The position numbers and the translations under genes are program-made. Below, piece after piece: positions 49,531-64,000 of a DNA stretch of 64,000 nt. The DNA is taken from the NCBI RefSeq assembly GCF_964355755.1, contig NC_092677.1, positions 27,701,175-27,765,174 on the forward strand, in the 5' to 3' direction. The notes beneath the pieces are model-generated. The model saw only the letters and a list, made by a program, of their open reading frames with translations, made no database searches and had not been told where the DNA came from. The stretch comes from Antedon mediterranea (Eukaryota > Animalia > Echinodermata). The stretch's first letter is position 1. Each line of letters starts with the position of its first letter.

Positions 49531-52500
49531 TTAAAATTATCACTGATGGTTTTAGAAAAAGAAAGTAGCAATAAAAGAGAAAGAATTTGTAAAAAATGGG
49601 TTAAAAAATATACTATCAAACTGTATTTCTCATTTTATTTAAAAAATCATGAGTCTCCTCTCCTTAATTGCCTAAGTCACACAGCTGACTTAGGCAGAAA
49701 CACAAAAAAACGATCTGAGCATGTGCAAATGTATATAAAAGCACTCAGATAATGCAGAGAGGGCAGTATAATGATATAAGCAGTGAGTTATGCAGATCAT
49801 AAGTCAGCTCTCCTTAGCCTAATTGCCTAAGTCACACAGCTGACTTAGGCAGAAACACAAAAATATAGTATATTGATATAAGCAGTGAGTTAGGCAGATC
49901 ATAAGTCAGCTCTCCTTAATTGCCTAAGTCACACAGCTGACTTAGGCAGAAACACAAAAAATATAGTATATTGATATAAGCAGTGAGTTAGGCAGATCAT
50001 AAATCAGCTCTCCATAATTGCCTAAGTCACACAGCTGACTTAGGCCGAAACACAAAAAATATAGTATATTGATATAAGCAGTGGGTTAGGGAGAAAAAAA
50101 AATTATGACTTAGACACTTTTGTTATGAGGCTGTCGATATCATCTATATACAAAAAATGCTACCTTTAAGTAACAAAATTTGATAGCATCAGCTCTTCAG
50201 ATTAAAATTAACACTGATGATTTTAGAAAAGGAAAGTAGCAATAAAAGAGAGAGAATTTGTAACAAATGGGTTAAAAAATATACTATAAAAATGTATTTC
50301 ATATTTTATTTAAAAAATCATGAGTCTCCTCTGCTTAATTGCCTAAGTCACACAGCTGACTTAGGCAGAATCTAAAAAAATATAGTATATTGATATAAGC
50401 AGTGAGTTATGAAGATCATAAGTCAGCTCTCCTTAATTGCCTAAGTCACACAGCTGACTTAGGCACAGAAACACAAAAAATATAGTCTATTGATATAAGC
50501 AGTGAGTTAGGCAGATCATAAGTCAGCTCTCCTTAATTGCCTAAGTCACACAGCTGACTTAGGCAGAAACACAAAAAATATAGCATATTGATATAAGCAG
50601 TGAGTTAGGCAGATCATAAGTCAGCTCTCCATAATTGCCTAAGTCACACAGCTGACTTAGGCAGAAACACAAAAAATATAGTATATTGATATAAGCAGTG
50701 AGTTAGGCAATAGAGATCTCTATGGTTAGGCAGAAAAACAAAACAAAAATTATGACTTAGAAAATGTTGTTATGAGGCTGTCGATATCATCTATATACAA
50801 AAAATGCTACCTTTAAGTAACAAAATTTAATAGCATCAGCTCTTCAGATTAAAATTAACACTGATGGTTTTAGAAAAGGAAAGTAGCAATAAAAGAGAAA
50901 GAATTTGTAACAAATGGGTTAAAAAATATACTATAAAACTGTATTTCTCATTTTATTAAAAAAATCATGAGTCTCCTCTCCTTAATTGCCTAAGTCACAC
51001 AGCTGACTTAGGCAGAAAACACAGAAAACGATCTGAGCATGTGAAAATGTATATAAAAGCACTCATATAATGTACAGAGGGCAGTATAATGATATAAGCA
51101 GTGAGTTAGGCAAATCATAAGTCAGCTCTCCTTAATTGCCAAATTGGTTAAAAAATATACTATAAAAATGTATTTCTCATTTTATTAAAAAGATCATGAG
51201 TCTCCTCTCCTTAATTGCCAAAGTCACACAGCTGACTTAGGCAGAAACACACAAAAAAAAAAAACGATCTGAGCATGTGCAAATGTATATAAAAGCACTC
51301 AGATAATGTACAGAGGGCAGTATAATGATATAAGCAGTGAGTTAGGCAGATCATAAGTCAGCTCTCCTTAATTGCCTAAGTCACACAGCTGACTTAGGCA
51401 GAAACACAAAAAAACGATCTGAGCATGTGCAAATGTATATAAAAGCACTCAGATAATGCACAGAGGGCAGTAGAATGATATAAGCAGTGAGTTAGGCAGA
51501 TCATAAGTCAGCTCTCCTTAATTGCCTAAGTCACACAGCCGACTTAGGCAGAAACACAAAAAATATAGTATAATGATATAAGCAGTGAGTTAGGCAGATC
51601 AAAAGTCAACTCTTCTTAATTGCCTAAGTCACACAGCTGACTTAGGCAGAAACACAAAAAAATATAGTATATTGATATAAGCAGTGAGTTAGGCAGATCA
51701 TAAATCAGCTCTTCTTAATTGCCTAAGTCACACAGCTGACTTAGGCAGAAACGCAAAAAATATAGTATATTGATATAAGCAGTGAGTTAGGCCATAGAGA
51801 TCTCTATGGTTAGGCAGAAAAACAAAACAAAAATTATGACTTAGACAATTTTCTTATGAGGCTGTCGATATCATCTATATACAAAAAATGCTACCTTTAT
51901 GTAACAAAATGTAATATCATCAGCTCTTCAGATTAAAATTAACACTGATGATTTTAGAAAAGGAAAGTAGCAATAAAAGAGAAAGAATTTGTAACAAATG
52001 GGTTAAAAAATATAATATAAAAATGTATTTCTCATTTTATTAAAAAGATCATGAGTCTCCTCTCCTTAATTGCCAAAGTCACACAGCTGACTTAGGCAGA
52101 AACACACAAAAAAGACCCCATCTGAGCATGTGCAAATGTATATAAAAGCACTCAGATAATGTACAGAGGGCAGTATAATGATATAAGCAGTGAGTTAGGC
52201 AGATCATAAGTCAGCTCTCCTTAATTGCCTAAGTCACACAGCTGACTTAGGCAGAAACACAAAAAAATATAGTATATTGATATAAGCAGTGAGTTAGGCA
52301 GATAATAAGTCAGCTCTCCTTAATTGCCTAAGTCACACAGCTGACTTAGGCAGAAACACAAAAAATATAGTATATTGATATAAGCAGTGAGTTAGGCAGA
52401 TCATAAGTCAGCTCTCCATAATTGCCTAAGTCACACAGCTGACTTAGGCAGAAACACAAAAAATATAGTATATTGATATAAGCAGTGAGTTAGGCAGATC

Positions 52501-55500
52501 ATAAGTCAGCTCTCCATAATTGCCTAAGTCACACAGCTGACTTAGGCCGAAACACAAAAAATATAGTATAATGATATAAGCAGTGAGTTATGCAGATCAT
52601 AAGTCAGCTCTCCTTAGCCTAATTGCCTAAGTCACACAGCTGACTTAGGCAGAAACACAAAAATATAGTATATTGATATAAGCAGTGAGTTAGGCAGATC
52701 ATAAGTCAGCTCTCCTTAATTGCCTAAGTCACACAGCTGACTTAGGCAGAAACACAAAAAATATAGTATATTGATATAAGCAGTGAGTTAGGCAGATCAT
52801 AAGTCAGCTCTCCATAATTGCCTAAGTCACACAGCTGACTTAGGCCGAAACACAAAAAATATAGTATATTGATATAAGCAGTGAGTTAGGGAGAAAAAAA
52901 AATTATGACTTAGACACTTTTGTTATGAGGCTGTCGATATCATCTATATACAAAAAATGCTACCTTTAAGTAACAAAATTTGATAGCATCAGCTCTTCAG
53001 ATTAAAATTAACACTGATGATTGTAGAAAAGGAAAGTAGCAATAAAAGAGAGAGAATTTGTAACAAATGGGTTAAAAAATATACTATAAAAATGTATTTC
53101 TTATTTTATTTAAAAAATCATGAGTCTCCTCTGCTTAATTGCCTAAGTCACACAGCTGACTTAGGCAGAATCTAAAAAAATATAGTATATTGATATAAGC
53201 AGTGAGTTATGCAGATCATAAGTCAGCTCTCCTTAATTGCCTAAGTCACACAGCTGACTTAGGCAGAAACACAAAAAATATAGTCTATTGATATAAGCAG
53301 TGAGTTAGGCAGATCATAAGTCAGCTCTCCTTAATTGCCTAAGTCACACAGCTGACTTAGGCAGAAACACAAAAAATATAGCATATTGATATAAGCAGTG
53401 AGTTAGGCAGATCATAAGTCAGCTCTCCATAATTGCCTAAGTCACACAGCTGACTTAGGCAGAAACACAAAAAATATAGTATATTGATATAAGCAGTGAG
53501 TTAGGCAATAGAGATCTCTATGGTTAGGCAGAAAAACAAAACAAAAATTATGACTTAGAAAATGTTGTTATGAGGCTGTCGATATCATCTATATACAAAA
53601 AATGCTACCTTTAAGTAACAATATTTAATAGCATCAGCTCTTCAGATTAAAATTAACACTGATGGTTTTAGAAAAGGAAAGTAGCAATGAAAGAGAAAGA
53701 ATTTGTAACAAATGGGTTAAAAAATATACTATAAAACTGTATTTCTCATTTTATTAAATTAAGCTGACTTAGGCAGAAAACACAGAAAACGATCTGAGCA
53801 TGTGCAAATGTATATAAAAGCACTCATATAATGTACAGAGGGCAGTATAATGATATAAGCAGTGAGTTAGGCAGAAATTCAAAAAATATAGTATATTGAT
53901 ATAAGCAGTGAGTTAGGCAGATCATAAGTCAGCTCTCCTTAATTGCCTAAGTCACACAGCTGACTTAGGCAGAAATTCAAAAAATATAGTATATTGATAT
54001 AAGCAGTGAGTTAGGCAGATCATAAGTCAGCTCTCCTTAATTGCCTAAGTCACACAGCTGACTTAGGCAGAAACACAAAAAATATAATATAATGATATAA
54101 GCAGTGAGTTAGGCAGATCATAAGTCAGCTCTCCTTAATTGCCTAAGTCACACAGCTGACTTAGGCAGAAACACAAAAAATATAGTATATTGATATAAGC
54201 AGTGAGTTAGGCAGATCATAAATCAGCTCTTTTTAATTGCCTAAGTCACACAGCTGACTTAGGCAGAAACGCAAAAAATATAGTATATTGATATAAGCAG
54301 TGAGTTAGGCCATAGAGATCTCTATGGTTAGGCAGAAAAACAAAACAAAAATTATGACTTAGACAATTTTCTTATGAGGCTGTCGATATCATCTATATAC
54401 AAAAAATGCTACCTTTATGTAACAAAATGTAATAGCATCAGCTCTTCAGATTAAAATTAACACTGATGATTTTAGAAAAGGAAAGTAGCAATAAAAGAGA
54501 AAGAATTTGTAACAAATTGGTTAAAAAATATACTATAAAAATGTATTTCTCATTTTATTAAAAAGATCATGAGTCTCCTCTCCTTAATTGCCAAAGTCAC
54601 ACAGCTGACTTAGGCAGAAACACAAAAAAAAAACGATCTGAGCATGTGCAAATGTATATAAAAGCACTCAGATAATGTACAGAGGGCAGTATAATGATAT
54701 AAGCAGTGAGTTAGGCAGATCATAAGTCAGCTCTCCTTAATTGCCTAAGTCACACAGCTGACTTAGGCAGAAACACAATAAAACGATCTGAGCATGTGCA
54801 AATGTATATAAAAGCACTCAGATAATGCACAGAGGGCAGTATAATGATATAAGCAGTGAGTTATGCAGATCATAAGTCAGCTCTCCTTAATTGCCTAAGT
54901 CACACAGCTGACTTAGGCAGAAACACAAAAAAATATAGTATATTGATATAAGCAGTGAGTTAGGCAGATCATAAGTCAACTCTCCTTAATTGCCTAAGTC
55001 ACACAGCTGACTTAGGCAGAAACACAAACAAATATAGTATATTGATATAAGCAGTGAGTTAGGCAGATCATAAGTCAGCTCTCCATAATTGCCTAAGTCA
55101 CACAGCTGACTTAGGCCGAAACACAAAAAATATAGTATATTGATATAAACAGTGAGTTAGGCCATAGAGATCTCTATTGTTAGGCAGAAAAACAAAACAA
55201 AAATTATGACTTAGACAATTTTGTTATGAGGCTGTCGATATCATCTATATACAAAAAATGCTACCTTTAAGTAACAAAATGTAATAGCATCAGCTCTTCA
55301 GATTAAAATTAACACTGATGGTTTTAGAAAAAGAAAGTAGCAATAAAAGAGAAAGAATTTGTAACAAATGGGTTAAAAAATATACTATAAAACTGTATTT
55401 CTCATTTTATTCAAAAAATCATGAGTCTCCTCTCCTTAATTGCCTAAGTCACACAGCTGACTTAGGCAGAAACACAAAAAAACGATCTGAGCATGTGCAA

Positions 55501-58500
55501 ATGTATATAAAAGCACTCAGATAATGCACAGAGGGCAGTATAATGATATAAGCAGTGAGTTATGCAGATCATAAGTCAGCTCTCCTTAGCCTAATTGCCT
55601 AAGTCACATAGCTGACTTAGGCAGAAACACAAAAATATAGTATATTGATATAAGCAGTGAGTTAGGCAGATCATAAGTCAGCTCTCCTTAATTGCCTAAG
55701 TCACACAGCTGACTTAGGCAGAAACACAAAAAATATAGTATATTGATATAAGCAGTGAGTTAGGGAGAAAAACAAATTATGACTTAGACACTTTTGTTAT
55801 GAGGCTGTCGATATCATCTATATACAAAAAATGCTACCTTTAAGTAACAAAATTTGATAGCATCAGCTCTTCAGATTAAATATTAACACTGATGATTTTA
55901 GAAAAGGAAAGTAGCAATAAAAGAGAGAGAATTTGTAACAAATGGGTTAAAAAATATACTATAAAAATGTATTTCTTATTTTATTTAAAAAATCATGAGT
56001 CTCCTCTGCTTATTGCCTAAGTCCCACAGCTGACTTAGGCAGAATCTAAAAAAATATAGTATATTGATATAAGCAGTGAGTTATGCAGATCATAAGTCAG
56101 CTCTCCTTAATTGCCTAAGTCACACAGCTGACTTAGGCAGAAACACAAAAAATATAGTATATTGATATAAGCAGTGAGTTAGGCAGATCATAAGTCAGCT
56201 CTCCTTAATTGCCTAAGTCACACAGCTGACTTAGGCAGAAACACAAAAAATATAGTATATTGATATAAGCAGTGAGTTAGGCAGATCATAAATCAGCTCT
56301 TCTTAATTGCCTAAGTCACATAGCTGACTTAGGCAGAAACGCAAAAAATATAGTATATTGATATAAGCAGTGAGTTAGGCCATAGAGATCTCTATGGTTA
56401 GGCAGAAAAACAAAACAAAAATTATGACTTAGACAAATTTCTTATGAGGCTGTCGATATCATCTATATACAAAAAATGCTACCTTTATGTAACAAAATGT
56501 AATATCATCAGCTCTTCAGATTAAAATTGACACTGATGATTTTAGAAAAGGAAAGTAGCAATAAAAGAGAAAGAATTTGTAACAAATGGGTTAAAAAATA
56601 TACTATAAAAATGTATTTCTCATTTTATTAAAAAGATCATGAGTCTCCTCTCCTTAATTGCCAAAGTCACACAGCTGACTTAGGCAGAAACACAAAAAAA
56701 AAACCGATCTGAGCATGTGCAAATGTATATAAAAGCACTCAGATAATGTACAGAGGGCAGTATAATGATATAAGCAGTGAGTTAGGCAGATCATAAGTCA
56801 GCTCTCCTTAATTGCCTAAGTCACACAGCTGACTTAGGCAGAAACACAAAAAATATAGTATAATGATATAAGCAGTGAGTTAGGCAGATCAAAGTCAACT
56901 CTTCTTAATTGCCTAAGTCACACAGCTGACTTAGGCAGAAACACAACAAATATAGTATATTGATATAAGCAGTGAGTTAGGCAGATCATAAGTCAGCTCT
57001 CCTTAATATATTAAAAAGATCATGAGTCTCCTCTCCTTAATTGCCAAAGTCACACAGCTGACTTAGGCAGAAACACAAAAAAAAAACCGATCTGAGCATG
57101 TGCAAATGTATATAAAAGCACTCAGATAATGTACAGAGGGCAGTATAATGATATAAGCAGTGAGTTAGGCAGATCATAAGTCAGCTCTCCTTAATTGCCT
57201 AAGTCACACAGCTGACTTAGGCAGAAACACAAAAAAATATAGTATAATGATATAAGCAGTGAGTTAGGCAGATCAAAGTCAACTCTTCTTAATTGCCTAA
57301 GTCACACAGCTGACTTAGGCAGAAACACAACAAATATAGTATATTGATATAAGCAGTGAGTTAGGCAGATCATAAGTCAGCTCTCCTTAATTGCCTAAGT
57401 CACACAGCTGACTTAGGCAGAAACACAAAAAATATAGTATATTGATATAAGCAGTGAGTTAGGCAGATCATAAATCAGCTCTTCTTAATTGCCTAAGTCA
57501 CACAGCTGACTTAGGCAGAAACGCAAAAAATATAGTATATTGATATAAGCAGTGAGTTAGGCCATAGAGATCTCTATGGTTAGGCAGAAAAACAAAACAA
57601 AAATTATGACTTAGACAATTTTCTTATGAGGCTGTCGATATCATCTATATACAAAAAATGCTACCTTTATGTAACAAAATGTAATATCATCAGCTGTTCA
57701 GATTAAAATTAACACTGATGATTTTAGAAAAGGAAAGTAGCAATAAAAGAGAAAGAATTTGTAACAAATGGGTTAAAAAATATAATATAAAAATGTATTT
57801 CTCATTTTATTAAAAAGATCATGAGTCTCCTCTCCTTAATTGCCAAAGTCACACAGCTGACTTAGGCAGAAACACACAAAAAAACCCCATCTGAGCATGT
57901 GCAAATGTATATAAAAGCACTCAGATAATGTACAGAGGGCAGTATAATGATATAAGCAAAGAGTTAGGCAGATCATAAGTCAGCTCTCCTTAATTGCCTA
58001 AGTCACACAGCTGACTTAGGCAGAAACACAAAAAATATAATATAATGATATAAGCAGTGAGTTAGGCAGATCAAAAGTCAACTCTTCTTAATTGCCTAAG
58101 TCACACAGCTGACTTAGGCAGAAACACAACAAATATAGTATATTGATATAAGCAGTGAGTTAGGCAGATCATAAGTCAGCTCTCCTTAATTGCCTAAGTC
58201 ACACAGCTGACTTAGGCAGAAACACAAAAAATATAGTATATTGATATAAGCAGTGAGTTAGGCAGATCATAAATCAGCTCTTTTTAATTGCCTAAGTCAC
58301 ACAGCTGACTTAGGCAGAAACGCAAAAAATATAGTATATTGATATAAGCAGTGAGTTAGGCCATAGAGATCTCTATGGTTAGGCAGAAAAACAAAACAAA
58401 AATTATGACTTAGACAATTTTCTTATGAGGCTGTCGATATCATCTATATACAAAAAATGCTACCTTTATGTAACAAAATGTAATAGCATCAGCTCTTCAG

Positions 58501-61500
58501 ATTAAAATTAACACTGATGATTTTAGAAAAGGAAAGTAGCAATAAAAGAGAAAGAATTTGTAACAAATTGGTTAAAAAATATACTATAAAAATGTATTTC
58601 TCATTTTATTAAAAAGATCATGAGTCTCCTCTCCTTAATTGCCAAAGTCACACAGCTGACTTAGGCAGAAACACAAAAAAAAAACGATCTGAGCATGTGC
58701 AAATGTATATAAAAGCACTCAGATAATGTACAGAGGGCAGTATAATGATATAAGCAGTGAGTTAGGCAGATCATAAGTCAGCTCTCCTTAATTGCCTAAG
58801 TCACACAGCTGACTTAGGCAGAAACACAATAAAACGATCTGAGCATGTGCAAATGTATATAAAAGCACTCAGATAATGCACAGAGGGCAGTATAATGATA
58901 TAAGCAGTGAGTTATGCAGATCATAAGTCAGCTCTCCTTAATTGCCTAAGTCACACAGCTGACTTAGGCAGAAACACAAAAAAATATAGTATATTGATAT
59001 AAGCAGTGAGTTAGGCAGATCATAAGTCAACTCTCCTTAATTGCCTAAGTCACACAGCTGACTTAGGCAGAAACACAAACAAATATAGTATATTGATATA
59101 AGCAGTGAGTTAGGCAGATCATAAGTCAGCTCTCCATAATTGCCTAAGTCACACAGCTGACTTAGGCCGAAACACAAAAAATATAGTATATTGATATAAA
59201 CAGTGAGTTAGGCCATAGAGATCTCTATTGTTAGGCAGAAAAACAAAACAAAAATTATGACTTAGACAATTTTGTTATGAGGCTGTCGATATCATCTATA
59301 TACAAAAAATGCTACCTTTAAGTAACAAAATGTAATAGCATCAGCTCTTCAGATTAAAATTAACACTGATGGTTTTAGAAAAAGAAAGTAGCAATAAAAG
59401 AGAAAGAATTTGTAACAAATGGGTTAAAAAATATACTATAAAACTGTATTTCTCATTTTATTCAAAAAATCATGAGTCTCCTCTCCTTAATTGCCTAAGT
59501 CACACAGCTGACTTAGGCAGAAACACAAAAAAACGATCTGAGCATGTGCAAATGTATATAAAAGCACTCAGATAATGCACAGAGGGCAGTATAATGATAT
59601 AAGCAGTGAGTTATGCAGATCATAAGTCAGCTCTCCTTAGCCTAATTGCCTAAGTCACACAGCTGACTTAGGCAGAAACACAAAAATATAGTATATTGAT
59701 ATAAGCAGTGAGTTAGGCAGATCATAAGTCAGCTCTCCTTAATTGCCTAAGTCACACAGCTGACTTAGGCAGAAACACAAAAAATATAGTATATTGATAT
59801 AAGCAGTGAGTTAGGGAGAAAAACAAATTATGACTTAGACACTTTTGTTATGAGGCTGTCGATATCATCTATATACAAAAAATGCTACCTTTAAGTAACA
59901 AAATTTGATAGCATCAGCTCTTCAGATTAAATATTAACACTGATGATTTTAGAAAAGGAAAGTAGCAATAAAAGAGAGAGAATTTGTAACAAATGGGTTA
60001 AAAAATATACTATAAAAATGTATTTCTTATTTTATTTAAAAAATCATGAGTCTCCTCTGCTTATTGCCTAAGTCCCACAGCTGACTTAGGCAGAATCTAA
60101 AAAAATATAGTATATTGATATAAGCAGTGAGTTATGCAGATCATAAGTCAGCTCTCCTTAATTGCCTAAGTCACACAGCTGACTTAGGCAGAAACACAAA
60201 AAATATAGTATATTGATATAAGCAGTGAGTTAGGCAGATCATAAGTCAGCTCTCCTTAATTGCCTAAGTCACACAGCTGACTTAGGCAGAAACACAAAAA
60301 ATATAGTATATTGATATAAGCAGTGAGTTAGGCAGATCATAAATCAGCTCTTCTTAATTGCCTAAGTCACATAGCTGACTTAGGCAGAAACGCAAAAAAT
60401 ATAGTATATTGATATAAGCAGTGAGTTAGGCCATAGAGATCTCTATGGTTAGGCAGAAAAACAAAACAAAAATTATGACTTAGACAAATTTCTTATGAGG
60501 CTGTCGATATCATCTATATACAAAAAATGCTACCTTTATGTAACAAAATGTAATATCATCAGCTCTTCAGATTAAAATTGACACTGATGATTTTAGAAAA
60601 GGAAAGTAGCAATAAAAGAGAAAGAATTTGTAACAAATGGGTTAAAAAATATACTATAAAAATGTATTTCTCATTTTATTAAAAAGATCATGAGTCTCCT
60701 CTCCTTAATTGCCAAAGTCACACAGCTGACTTAGGCAGAAACACAAAAAAAAAACCGATCTGAGCATGTGCAAATGTATATAAAAGCACTCAGATAATGT
60801 ACAGAGGGCAGTATAATGATATAAGCAGTGAGTTAGGCAGATCATAAGTCAGCTCTCCTTAATTGCCTAAGTCACACAGCTGACTTAGGCAGAAACACAA
60901 AAAATATAGTATAATGATATAAGCAGTGAGTTAGGCAGATCAAAGTCAACTCTTCTTAATTGCCTAAGTCACACAGCTGACTTAGGCAGAAACACAACAA
61001 ATATAGTATATTGATATAAGCAGTGAGTTAGGCAGATCATAAGTCAGCTCTCCTTAATTGCCTAAGTCACACAGCTGACTTAGGCAGAAACACAAAAAAT
61101 ATAGTATATTGATATAAGCAGTGAGTTAGGCAGATCATAAATCAGCTCTTCTTAATTGCCTAAGTCACACAGCTGACTTAGGCAGAAACGCAAAAAATAT
61201 AGTATATTGATATAAGCAGTGAGTTAGGCCATAGAGATCTCTATGGTTAGGCAGAAAAACAAAACAAAAATTATGACTTAGACAATTTTCTTATGAGGCT
61301 GTCGATATCATCTATAAACAAAAAATGCTACCTTTATGTAACAAAATGTAATAGCATCAGCTCTTCAGATTAAAATTAACACTGATGATTTTAGAAAAGG
61401 AAAGTAGCAATAAAAGAGAAAGAATTTGTAACAAATTGGTTAAAAAATATACTATAAAAATGTATTTCTCATTTTATTAAAAAGATCATGAGTCTCCTCT

Positions 61501-64000
61501 CCTTAATTGCCAAAGTCACACAGGTGACTTAGGCAGAAACACAAAAAAAAAAACGATCTGAGCATGTGCAAATGTATATAAAAGCACTCAGATAATGTAC
61601 AGAGGGCAGTATAATGATATAAGCAGTGAGTTAGGCAGATCATAAGTCAGCTCTCCTTAATTGCCTAAGTCACACAGCTGACTTAGGCAGAAACACAATA
61701 AAACAATCTGAGCATGTGCAAATGTATATAAAAGCACTCAGATAATGCACAGAGGGCAGTATAATGATATAAGCAGTGAGTTATGCAGATCATAAGTCAG
61801 CTCTCCTTAATTGCCTAAGTCACACAGCTGACTTAGGCAGAAACACAAAAATATAGTATATTGATATAAGCAGTGAGTTAGGCAGATCATAAGTCAACTC
61901 TCCTTAATTGCCTAAGTCACACAGCTGATTTAGGCAGAAACACAAAAAAATATAGTATATTGATATAAGCAGTGAGTTAGGCAGATCATAAGTCAGCTCT
62001 CCATAATTGCCTAAGTCACACAGCTGACTTAGGCCGAAACACAAAAAATATAGTATATTGATATAAACAGTGAGTTAGGCCATAGAGATCTCTATTGTTA
62101 GGCAGAAAAACAAAACAAAAATTATGACTTAGACAATTTTGTTATGAGGCTGTCGATATCATCTATATACAAAAAATGCTACCTTTAAGTAACAAAATGT
62201 AATAGCATCAGCTCTTCAGATTAAAATTAACACTGATGGTTTTAGAAAAAGAAAGTAGCAATAAAAGAGAAAGAATTTGTAACAAATGGGTAAAAAAATA
62301 TAATATAAAACTGTATTTCTCATTTTATTAAAAAAATCATGAGTCTCCTCTCCTTAATTGCCTAAGTCACACAGCTGACTTAGGCAGAAACACAAAAAAA
62401 CGATCTGAGCATGTGCAAATGTATATAAAAGCACTCAGATAATGCACAGAGGGCAGTATAATGATATAAGCAGTGAGTTATGCAGATCATAAGTCAGCTC
62501 TCCTTAGCCTAATTGCCTAAGTCACACAGCTGACTTAGGCAGAAACACAAAAATATAGTATATTGATATAAGCAGTGAGTTAGGCAGATCATAAGTCAGC
62601 TCTCCTTAATTGCCTAAGTCACACAGCTGACTTAGGCAGAAACACAAAAAATATAGTATATTGATATAAGCAGTGAGTTAGGCAGATCATAAGTCAGCTC
62701 TCCATAATTGCCTAAGTCACACAGCTGACTTAGGCCGAAACACAAAAAATATAGTATATTGATATAAGCAGTGAGTTAGGGAGAAAAACAAATTATGACT
62801 TAGACACTTTTGTTATGAGGCTGTCGATATCATCTATATACAAAAAATGCTACCTTTAAGTAACAAAATTTGATAGCATCAGCTCTTCAGATTAAAATTA
62901 ACACTGATGATTTTAGAAAAGGAAAGTAGCAATAAAAAAAAGAGAATTTGTAACAAATGGGTTAAAAAATATACTATAAAAATGTATTTCTTATTTTATT
63001 TAAAAAATCATGAGTCTCCTCTGCTTAATTGCCTAAGTCCCACAGCTGACTTAGGCAGAATCTAAAAAAATATAGTATATTGATATAAGCAGTGAGTTAT
63101 GCAGATCATAAGTCAGCTCTCCTTAATTGCCTAAGTCACACAGCTGACTTAGGCAGAAACACAAAAAATATAGTATATTGATATAAGCAGTGAGTTAGGC
63201 AGATCATAAGTCAGCTCTCCTTAATTGCCTAAGTCACACAGCTGACTTAGGCAGAAACACAAAAAATATAGTATATTGATATAAGCAGTGAGTTAGGCAG
63301 ATCATAAATCAGCTCTTCTTAATTGCCTAAGTCACATAGCTGACTTAGGCAGAAACGCAAAAAATATAGTATATTGATATAAGCAGTGAGTTAGGCCATA
63401 GAGATCTCTATGGTTAGGCAGAAAAACAAAACAAAAATTATGACTTAGACAATTTTCTTATGAGGCTGTCGATATCATCTATATACAAAAAATGCTACCT
63501 TTATGTAACAAAATGTAATAGCATCAGCTCTTCAGATTAAAATTAACACTGATGATTTTAGAAAAGGAAAGTAGCAATAGAAGAGAAAGAATTTGTAACA
63601 AATGGGTTAAAAAATATACTATAAAACTGTATATCTCATTTTATTAAAAAAATCATGAGTCTCCTCTCCTTAATTGCCTAAGTCACACAGCTGACTTAGG
63701 CAGAAACACAGAAAACGATCTGAGCATGTGCAAATGTATATAAAAGCACTCATATAATGTACAGAGGGCAGTATAATGATATAAGCAGTGAGTTAGGCAG
63801 ATCAAAAGTCAGCTCTCCTTAATTGCCTAAGTCACACAGCTGACTTAGGCAGAAATTCAAAAAATATAGTATATTGATATAAGCAGTGAGTTAGGCAGAT
63901 CATAAGTCAGCTCTCCTTAATTGCCTAAGTCACACAGCTGACTTAGGCAGAAATTCAAAAAATATAGTATATTGATATAAGCAGTGAGTTAGGCAGATCA
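49530..64000. repeat. Complex higher-order satellite: 98-bp monomer, 150-bp variant and ~240-260-bp spacer module; continues beyond the window
   Basis: GGCAGATCAT at 49893 and 49991 (98 bp), 51345 and 51495 (150 bp); spacer module (GAGGCTGTCGATATC) recurs about 18 times; identical pseudo-ORFs at 55318 and 59369 (4051 bp apart). Confidence 0.97.

Noticed and set aside
49504-59575. Repeated 68-82 aa ORFs (MVLEKESSNK...) and the ORFs at 48058-49415
   Set aside because: Chance frames in satellite units; other copies carry indels and stops.
49530-64000. CRISPR-like array (hairpin repeats at regular spacing)
   Set aside because: Intervening sequences are repeated rather than unique spacers, no cas genes, eukaryotic context; it is satellite DNA.

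Overview
AT-rich eukaryotic (invertebrate, probably echinoderm-like by inference) genomic DNA with spliceosomal GT-AG genes, all on the + strand: two tandem, intact 10-exon SLC7 (LAT/xCT/b0,+AT-type) amino-acid transporter light chains (1.9-10.4 kb), the LUBAC E3 ligase RNF31/HOIP (11.9-21.7 kb), a large secreted multidomain protein resembling ARIS/egg-coat proteins (24-36 kb), and PNKP (38.4-44.3 kb). Introns and intergenic DNA carry many MITEs, a LINE fragment, and a Penelope-like GIY-YIG fragment with a hammerhead ribozyme next to an atypical tRNA-like gene. After PNKP the window turns into repeat DNA: a nested HINE/LTR/Helitron stack, a 196-bp double-palindrome satellite, and a 14.5-kb higher-order satellite built on a 98-bp hairpin monomer that runs off the window end. 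The most interesting leads are PIM-like motifs flanking HOIP's own PUB domain, the ARIS-like protein split by inserted modules, the ribozyme/tRNA(AUC) cassette, and the satellite architectures. All family assignments come from recognising motifs by eye; no searches were run, and exon coordinates were hand-derived.
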